DNA of 59,871 nucleotides from Puniceicoccales bacterium (GTDB lineage Bacteria; Verrucomicrobiota; Verrucomicrobiia; Opitutales; JAIRKQ01): NCBI GenBank assembly GCA_031258695.1, contig JAIRMM010000012.1, positions 1 to 59,871 of the forward strand, read 5' to 3'. Shown piece by piece: positions 50,171 to 59,871 of this stretch (position 1 is its first letter; each line of letters starts with the position of its first letter). The notes under the pieces were generated by a model. It saw only the letters and a program-made list of their open reading frames with translations, ran no database searches and was not told where the DNA came from. The position numbers and the translations under genes were made by a program.

Positions 50171-50201
50171 CGAGGACAGTTTTTCGATGGCCGGGGAAAA
50201 T

Positions 50202-52625
50202 CTATTCCTCTTCCACCGCTATGATTTTGGAAATTCCGATCAATTTATCTCCCTGTTCGAGGGTAATCAGGCGGACCCCACTCGTCGACCGGCCGATCAC
50301 CCGGATATCACTCACGGGAGAACGGACCGTTTGCCCATTATTCGTCAACATCATTATCTCATCGTCGTCGGAAACGGTCAGGGCAGCGGCGATGCAAACA
50401 TTTCTGTGAAGCTTCATCGCAATGACCCCAGAACCTCCCCGCCGTTGCAGGCGATACTCCTCAAATTTGGACCGTTTCCCCTGCCCATTTTCAGCGGCTA
50501 GAAGGAAGGTCTGACCATTGTCCACCACGGTCATCGCCCGGACCTCATCGCCATCCCGGAGTGTGATTCCACGAACACCACGGGTAGCACGCCCCTGGTC
50601 GCGCAGGTCATTCTCGTTAAATCGGACGGACATGCCTTTTCTAGTAATAATCACGAGCTCGTCATTCCCCGTTGTTCTAACGGCCTCAATTAGAGCGTCC
50701 CCTTCATCGATGTTAATCCCGATGATACCGCCCCGGCGAACATTTCTATAGTCCGTCAAACATGTCTTCTTGGCAACACCATTCCGGGTACACATTACCA
50801 GGAATTGATTTTCTGAAAATTCCTGGAAACAGATCATGGCGGCAACCCGTTCGGACTTCTGCATCTCAAGAACGTTTACCAATGCCCTACCCTTCGAAAT
50901 TCTCGACCCTTCCGGAATTTCATAGACTTTTTCGACATACACGCGCCCGCTGTCCATCACAAACATCAAATTGTCATGGGTATTTGCGATAAACATGTGC
51001 TCTATGAAATCTTCTTCGTGTTGGCCGACTCCAATGACTCCCTTGCCTCCCCGTTTCTGTGAACGGTACAAATTCGCCGGCGTGCGCTTAATGAAACCAT
51101 TGTGGGAAACGGTAATCAAACAACATTCGTTGGCTATGGTATCTTCGATCCTAAATTCTCCCGCCTCATGTTCGACCCTTGTTAGCCGCGGAGATGCATA
51201 CCTATCACGCATTTCGAGAAGTTCTTTTTTCACCAACGCCAGCAAATTCGCATCGCTTGCCAAAATATCTCGAAAATAATCCATCAATTTTTTCAGCTCG
51301 GCGTATTCATCTTCAATTTTGCTACGCTCGAGGCCGGTCAATTGGTAAAGCCGCATCTCCAAAATTGAGTCCGCTTGCCGCTCGGAAATGGGATATTTGG
51401 CGATGAGTTCCATCTTGGCCGCATCGCGATTGGCAGACCTACGAATGATATGCACAAAATCATCCAAATTGTCCAGGGCGATTATAAAACCCTCCAAAAT
51501 GTGTGCCCGTGTTTCTGCCTTTCTTAGGCGAAATTCCGTCCTGCGGGTTATGACATTTTGGCGATGTTCAAGGTAGCATTCCAACATCTCTTTGATGTTC
51601 ATTTGCTTCGGTCGCAATTTGTCCAAGGCCAACATGATCACGCCAAACGAGGATTCCAACTGGGTATGCTTAAACAGCTTGTTAACCACGACACTGGACA
51701 TGGCATCACGTTTCAATTCGACGACGATGCGGGTCCGGCTATCCGACTCATCCCGCAAATCACTGACTTCGTCCAAAATCTTTTCGTTGACCAAATCGGC
51801 GATCTTTGTCACCAACATTGCCCGATTAATGGCATAGGGAATTTCGGTGATGACAATTTGCTCCTTCCCGCTGGGCAAGGTTTCGATCGCCGTAACACCA
51901 CGAACCCTTACTATGCCGCGTCCCGTTGTCAAATAGCGCTTGACATTTTCCATACCCACCACAACGCCTCCCGTTGGAAAATCGGGACCGTGGATGATGT
52001 TACATAATTCTTCAACGTTGATATTTGGTTCATCGATGATGGCACATGCCGCATCGATGATTTCAGAAAGATTGTGGGGAGGAATATTGGTGGTCATCCC
52101 AACGGCAATGCCCGTGGACCCATTTATTAGCAAATTTGGAAGCGCGGATGGTAAAACACTCGGTTCCGTCGTGCTTTCCTTATAATTGGGGACGAAATCG
52201 ACGGTATCCTCGTCGATGTCCCGCAATAATTCCTCGGAAATATTGTGCAGTTTGCACTCCGTGTAGCGGTAGGCTGCGGCTGGATCTCCATCCACGGATC
52301 CAAAATTTCCCTGGGGAAAAACAAGAGGATAGCGCATCACCCAATTCTGGGCTAGACGCACAAGGGTGTCATAGACAGCCGTATCGCTGTGGGGATGATA
52401 ATTTTTAAGAACTTCTCCAACCACACCGGCGCACTTGTCAAATGGACGGTTAAACATTAGGCCTTCCCTCAGCATGGCATATAATATTCTTCGCTGTACC
52501 GGCTTCAGGCCATCCCGGACATCGGGAAGTGCACGGCTAATGATTACCGACATCGAATAGTCAATGTAGGACGTTTGCATCACATCCGTAATATTTGTAA
52601 CTGTTATTTTTTCTTCCGTGTCCAT
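50202..52625 (-). CDS. gyrA: DNA gyrase subunit A
   Basis: DGLKPVQRRILY, HPHSDTAVYDTLVRLAQ (QRDR region), the active-site AAYRYTE, and the GyrA box QKRGGKG in the C-terminal beta-pinwheel. Confidence 0.95.
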   Translation of the reverse strand: MDTEEKITVTNITDVMQTSYIDYSMSVIISRALPDVRDGLKPVQRRILYAMLREGLMFNRPFDKCAGVVGEVLKNYHPHSDTAVYDTLVRLAQNWVMRYPLVFPQGNFGSVDGDPAAAYRYTECKLHNISEELLRDIDEDTVDFVPNYKESTTEPSVLPSALPNLLINGSTGIAVGMTTNIPPHNLSEIIDAACAIIDEPNINVEELCNIIHGPDFPTGGVVVGMENVKRYLTTGRGIVRVRGVTAIETLPSGKEQIVITEIPYAINRAMLVTKIADLVNEKILDEVSDLRDESDSRTRIVVELKRDAMSSVVVNKLFKHTQLESSFGVIMLALDKLRPKQMNIKEMLECYLEHRQNVITRRTEFRLRKAETRAHILEGFIIALDNLDDFVHIIRRSANRDAAKMELIAKYPISERQADSILEMRLYQLTGLERSKIEDEYAELKKLMDYFRDILASDANLLALVKKELLEMRDRYASPRLTRVEHEAGEFRIEDTIANECCLITVSHNGFIKRTPANLYRSQKRGGKGVIGVGQHEEDFIEHMFIANTHDNLMFVMDSGRVYVEKVYEIPEGSRISKGRALVNVLEMQKSERVAAMICFQEFSENQFLVMCTRNGVAKKTCLTDYRNVRRGGIIGINIDEGDALIEAVRTTGNDELVIITRKGMSVRFNENDLRDQGRATRGVRGITLRDGDEVRAMTVVDNGQTFLLAAENGQGKRSKFEEYRLQRRGGSGVIAMKLHRNVCIAAALTVSDDDEIMMLTNNGQTVRSPVSDIRVIGRSTSGVRLITLEQGDKLIGISKIIAVEEE

Positions 52626-52626
52626 C

Positions 52627-55176
<2,550 letters not shown>

Positions 55177-55397
55177 TCATAGTGATTGATTGAACAAAAG
55201 CGAACAAAAATTTAGAACACAATCTGCTTTGTGCGAATTGCTTCACTGATACCAGGTCTCTGCTTCTCTGAAAACGAAGGTCATCCATCCGCGGAGTATC
55301 TTCCTACCTTCGAAATTCACAATGTCATATTACTACTACTACTAGGAAAAATTCATATGTTATTATTATTATGCGGTGTAAATATGTCAATGGGGAG

Positions 55398-55435
55398 TCC
55401 GGATCCGGGGAAGAACGGGCTTCCCTGGATTTGGA
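55398..55435 (+). other. Strand-specific 16-bp RNA hairpin in a gene-less ~700-nt spacer
   Basis: UCCGGAUCCGGGGAAG-AACGGG-CUUCCCUGGAUUUGGA pairs at every position, including 3 G-U pairs. On the minus strand those three would be A-C mismatches. No U-tract follows. Confidence 0.35.
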
Positions 55436-55877
55436 AATGTTAATAACTCTGTTGAAAACCCGGACTTTGGTGGTAATACTTTGAACAATTAATCTGTTAT
55501 TGCCATGTTATTAACATGTTCGGTGGAAAACGTTGGCAGCTGCGAAAATTTTAAATGTTTTAGAAATTTTAGAAAAAATAGTTTGACTTTTGTGCGAAAC
55601 GCAAAACAAGATACTCATATGGGCGGAAAAATGTGTGCAAAGAAAAGCCTTGCGTCGAAAGAACAGCGAAAGAAATATTTCGAATTCTTGCCGACTGTGC
55701 TTCGGACATGTTTTTTCGGTCGTTGGTCCATGCGTTATGTTCGGGACCATGCCGTTCGTTTTATGGTAGGAAAAGAACATACTTGTTTGGATAAAATTTT
55801 GGTGGTATAAAAATTTTGCTTGACATTAAAAAATAAATGTACAGCGTGAAGATCTGTTTTGGTTGAAGGAGTGCTAG

Positions 55878-56129
55878 ATGGCTAATAAAAAAGCAGCAAG
55901 AAAAGCAGAAATGCAGTCGCAAAGGCGAGCGTTGAAGAATTGTGGTGTCCGGAGTAGGTTAAAAACGCTGGCGAAAAAGTTGCGAATTGCAACGGAAGGC
56001 ACGCAGGATGTTAAGCATGTGGCAATGGAATATATTTCTGCCCTAGATAAGGCAGCCAAGAGAAACATTGTTCACAGGAACTTTGCCAATAAGCGTAAGC
56101 GAAATGCTGCTCGGTTTTTGTTCGTTTAG
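55878..56129 (+). CDS. rpsT: 30S ribosomal protein S20
   Basis: MANKKAARKAEMQSQRRALKN...RSRLKT..KK is the characteristic S20 N-terminus. gaaggag lies 6 nt upstream of the ATG. Confidence 0.9.
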   Translation: MANKKAARKAEMQSQRRALKNCGVRSRLKTLAKKLRIATEGTQDVKHVAMEYISALDKAAKRNIVHRNFANKRKRNAARFLFV

Positions 56130-56135
56130 AATTTT

Positions 56136-56204
56136 CTCCCATCCCAATCCCATCCAGCCCTCGGTAGAATGTTATTCTTCCGGGGGCGTATGGGATAGGG
56201 GGAG
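56136..56204 (+). terminator. Long imperfect hairpin directly after rpsT (possible terminator, no U-tail)
   Basis: CUCCC..AUCCCAU..GCCCUCGG-(15-nt loop)-CCGGGGGC..AUGGGAU..GGGAG. The arms pair as nested blocks of 5, 7 and 8 bp. Confidence 0.3.
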
Positions 56205-56427
56205 GAGTGGTTGGCGGGTGGTGCACAGGTTCGGAAACTGCGGATCGTGCGGTTCAAAAAATCATAGGTTTTTTTCCTTTTAAAAACTGAATGTTTCTTT
56301 CCGGAACGGGGGATGTTGTCGAGCTTACATCGTTTTCACCATGCGAAAACCCATGTCTTTTTCTCCATAAACCATTCAAAGGACGACATCCTGGGCTTTT
56401 TATTTCAAACTTCGCACATTAAAAATA

Positions 56428-56502
56428 TGGTAGGCCGACAGGGGCTCGAACCCTGAACCAATGGCTTAAAAGGCCACTGCTCTACCATTGAGCTACCGAC
56501 CC
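56428..56502 (-). tRNA. tRNA-Lys (anticodon UUU), CCA encoded
   Basis: The reverse complement folds as GGGTCGG-TA-GCTC-AATGGTA-GAGC-A-GTGGC-CTTTTAA-GCCAT-TGGTT-CAGGG-TTCGAGC-CCCTG-TCGGCCT-A-CCA. This is a cloverleaf with a TTCGA T-loop and anticodon TTT. The acceptor stem has three G-U pairs. Confidence 0.9.
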
Positions 56503-56641
56503 ACAAATGATTTTAACCACCCTACCGTTGATTTTTAGTGTGTCAATACAGTTCTGCGGGGAGCTAAAATTTAGTAGGCCGGTTAAGTCCAAGTTTTTTA
56601 ACCAAAAGACTTGAAAAAGTTAACACCGATGATTAATCTAA

Positions 56642-57688
<1,047 letters not shown>

Positions 57689-58109
57689 GCAATGAACAGA
57701 AAATATACCCGTGTAAAAAACAGGAATGTCGGTTTGCAGACCGAAGGTTGGATGCCGATCGACGGTAATATTTTTTGACCCAAAGCATATGTCCACTTTT
57801 CCCTATCCACCCTTCCGATGGAAGGGACGGCAATGGTGTGGGCAAAGGAAGAATGGGACGTCCATGAGTTGTCCGTGGAGGGTTTGGGCCGTAGTTATTG
57901 TGCTTGAAAATAGCATTTGGTGGTAGTACATTTCTCTTTGGTTGCTATCTATGTGCCTTTGTTGGGTAAGATAACCATACCCCTGAACAAATCATTTTAT
58001 AAAGGGAGAAGGATGATCGAATCCCATCGCCCGGAGAAAAACATTGGCCATGCAGGATGGCAATGCCTCTGCCCATCGCCCCGGTTTGCCACCTTAGGTT
58101 CATTCGGTG

Positions 58110-59609
58110 CTAGCATGGATACAGGTAGTTTTCAAGCTTATTTACATTGGACGGTTTTTGTTCAAGCAGTTCTATGACATCTTGGGAGCTTACACCCATC
58201 AGCCTAAGGTTTTTCAGTTTACCATTTTTGAACAACTCCACTAAACATTTTGTCCCATCTGGTTCAGCCTCGATCAGATTCTGGACAACCCGTCGGGCCG
58301 TAGTAGGCTGAAGATCAGGCAGCTTCGAGAGCAACTGTTCTAAACATTCTAACCCCCCCTCCCCGTCAGTGGCCAGGTCTTGGACGAGATCTTTGGCCTC
58401 ACTGTCCTGAAGATTTGGCATACTATCCAGATCCAATTTGTCATTTGCGAGCAACCGCTGTAGATATTTTTCCCCATGAGAAATTTTGGCCCAGCTCAGG
58501 ACAATATTTTTAGCCGCATTGCCTGTAAATACTGGCATATTTTCCGAATTTAGATGGCTATTCATAAGTAACTTCGCCAAATGGAATGCTCCATCCGGTC
58601 CATCATTAGCCAGTTTTTGGGCAAAATCCTTAGTTGCATTGGCATCTAAAAAGCACAGGTTGGTCAATTTGTCATTTATGAACAACTGCTGTAAACAGGT
58701 TGCCCCCTTCTCTCCGGTAGCGGACAGACTCTGGCCAAGACTTTTGGCCTCATTGTCCTGAAAAATTGGCATACTGACCAGATCCAATTTGCCATTTGCG
58801 AGCAACTGCTGTAAACAGGTTGCCCCCTCCTCTCCGGTAACGGCCAGACCCAGGATAAGACTTTTAGCCGCATTGCCTGTAAATACTGGCATATTTTCCG
58901 GATTCAGATGGTTATTCACAAACAACGTCGCCAAAGAGTATGCCCCATTCGATCCAGCCTCAGTCAGTTTTTGGGCAAGACCTTTAGCCGTGTCAGGACT
59001 TAGATTGTTCAATTGAAAGTCAGATCCTAGTTCTTGCAAAACCCTAGCCTTGTCGTCGGGGTTAGGTATGGTGTTGATTGATTTAACGATGGCATTTTCA
59101 TCGACCTTCGCCGCTTGGCAAAATTTTAGCACAGTTTGTACATTGGCTTGCGTATTGTTAAAACTTTTCGACGATACGGCAGCCTCAAAAGTCAACGCCA
59201 AAAGGGTAGATTTCGTCGACTCATTTTTAATTTTACTGAAAACTTTCTTGGCAATTGCAGCCTCATAGGCGCCCTTACCGGAAAATAAGGTTTTTAGCCT
59301 GGCAGAAATTTTCGTCTTAAGTTCAATTTTACTTTCTTCATCCTGGATATTTTTGGCCAGATCTTCCAGCTCTGTTACCAGAGCTTCGACGTCGGGGGCA
59401 TCTGCTGTTCCCTGAGGACCCGTAGGTACCGCTAAACGGGAAACCAAATCCTTCGCTCGCTTCAGATCGAAATTTCCTCCCTGCGCATTACCCATGCGGC
59501 CTAGGAATTCAGCCACTATGGAACTCGCGGTTTTTATACGACTGTTCCTATCTTGCAAGCTTGTTGAGCTTGTCGCGTCGCCCCGTGCCACATTTACTGT
59601 AGTATGCAT
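58110..59609 (-). CDS. Orphan alpha-helical repeat protein (about seven repeats of ~40 aa; candidate effector)
   Basis: Repeat register measured on the AK positions: 40, 40, 38, 40, 39 and 33 aa, with pattern AKxLxxxLAxxGxxGxxCLQQLLxNxKLxLxxMP. The ATG at 59609 (MHTTVNVARGD) lies 9 nt after gggagga. The ORF opens at 59663. Confidence 0.65.
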   Translation of the reverse strand: MHTTVNVARGDATSSTSLQDRNSRIKTASSIVAEFLGRMGNAQGGNFDLKRAKDLVSRLAVPTGPQGTADAPDVEALVTELEDLAKNIQDEESKIELKTKISARLKTLFSGKGAYEAAIAKKVFSKIKNESTKSTLLALTFEAAVSSKSFNNTQANVQTVLKFCQAAKVDENAIVKSINTIPNPDDKARVLQELGSDFQLNNLSPDTAKGLAQKLTEAGSNGAYSLATLFVNNHLNPENMPVFTGNAAKSLILGLAVTGEEGATCLQQLLANGKLDLVSMPIFQDNEAKSLGQSLSATGEKGATCLQQLFINDKLTNLCFLDANATKDFAQKLANDGPDGAFHLAKLLMNSHLNSENMPVFTGNAAKNIVLSWAKISHGEKYLQRLLANDKLDLDSMPNLQDSEAKDLVQDLATDGEGGLECLEQLLSKLPDLQPTTARRVVQNLIEAEPDGTKCLVELFKNGKLKNLRLMGVSSQDVIELLEQKPSNVNKLENYLYPC

Positions 59610-59701
59610 AAAAATATCCTCCCAAAAACGCATCCAGTTTACATGGTTTGGCAATAATGTCAATTTTTTTTAAAAATTATCCGCCCATGGGCTAATTTTC
59701 G

Positions 59702-59856
59702 GGGCAGAGGCGACTTACCCACTTTCGGCTCTGCCCGTTTTCGGCTCTGCCCACTCGCCCGGGCAGGCTTGTGCCACCCATTGCCTCAAAATGTGCAGGG
59801 ACATTTAGTTCTCCATCAAAAGGTTAAGAGGGAGGGAATGGGAACGAGGGCAGAGG
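59702..59856. promoter_or_regulatory. Cluster of four GGGCAGAG(G/C)C motifs upstream of the repeat-protein gene
   Basis: gggcagagg at 59702 and 59848. The reverse complement ggctctgccc occurs twice in direct tandem, at 59727 and 59743 (ttcggctctgccc both times). The first pair can form an 8-bp hairpin. Confidence 0.3.
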
Positions 59857-59871
59857 CAAATAAAATCGGCG

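Noticed and set aside
55393-55471. RNase P RNA or SRP RNA, because of GAGUCCGG and AACCCGGACUU strings resembling the RNase P P4 strands and the SRP GGAA region
   Set aside because: The two strings are only ~60 nt apart, against ~290 nt in RNase P RNA, and are simply complementary to each other. There is no GNRA-capped SRP domain IV and no other conserved RNase P element nearby.
55505-55810. 101-aa ORF (and 55231..55443, 70 aa) in the gyrB-rpsT spacer
   Set aside because: No RBS, odd Cys/Phe/Arg-rich composition and no motifs. Kept only as part of the gene-less spacer observation.
57689-58109. Small ORFs (66 and 86 aa) and the CCCUUCC-GAU-GGAAGGG hairpin between gap and the repeat-protein gene
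   Set aside because: The ORFs lack RBS and motifs, and one overlaps the 3' end of the repeat-protein gene. The hairpin has no U-tract, so it is too weak to call as a terminator.

Overview
The window is mostly housekeeping genes: tsaB, rho, leuS, an lptF/G-type permease, tmk-holB, ferritin, mraY-murD-(LysM lipoprotein)-ftsW, clpC, ligA, dnaN, waaA, lpxI, ftsK, gyrB-gyrA, rpsT, tRNA-Lys and gap. These are interrupted repeatedly by lineage-specific accessory genes. The local gene order (tmk-holB, gyrB-gyrA, a LysM protein between murD and ftsW), two CesT/SycE-like type III secretion chaperones, an autotransporter and an Inc-like membrane protein fit a PVC-superphylum, Chlamydiota-like host-associated bacterium. 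That placement is inference from memory of gene order, not a search result. I saw no transposase, integrase, CRISPR array, rRNA or secretion-apparatus gene. The accessory content is dominated by tandemly duplicated orphan families, each with duplication scars: (1) two paralogs plus a decayed third copy carrying a PI3/PI4-kinase-like GDRHxxN / DFG-like signature; (2) two 384-aa paralogs plus a 156-aa partner; (3) a 646/461-aa paralog pair flanked by a thrice-repeated intergenic element. There is also a chaperone plus class-3-lipase-like pair, a roughly 40-aa helical-repeat protein, and an autotransporter with a proline-rich repeat passenger. My best candidate for a new system is a set of secreted (probably T3S) effector families, led by the lipid-kinase-like paralogs. 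All start-codon refinements and hairpin or repeat coordinates were worked out by hand and may be off by a few nucleotides.
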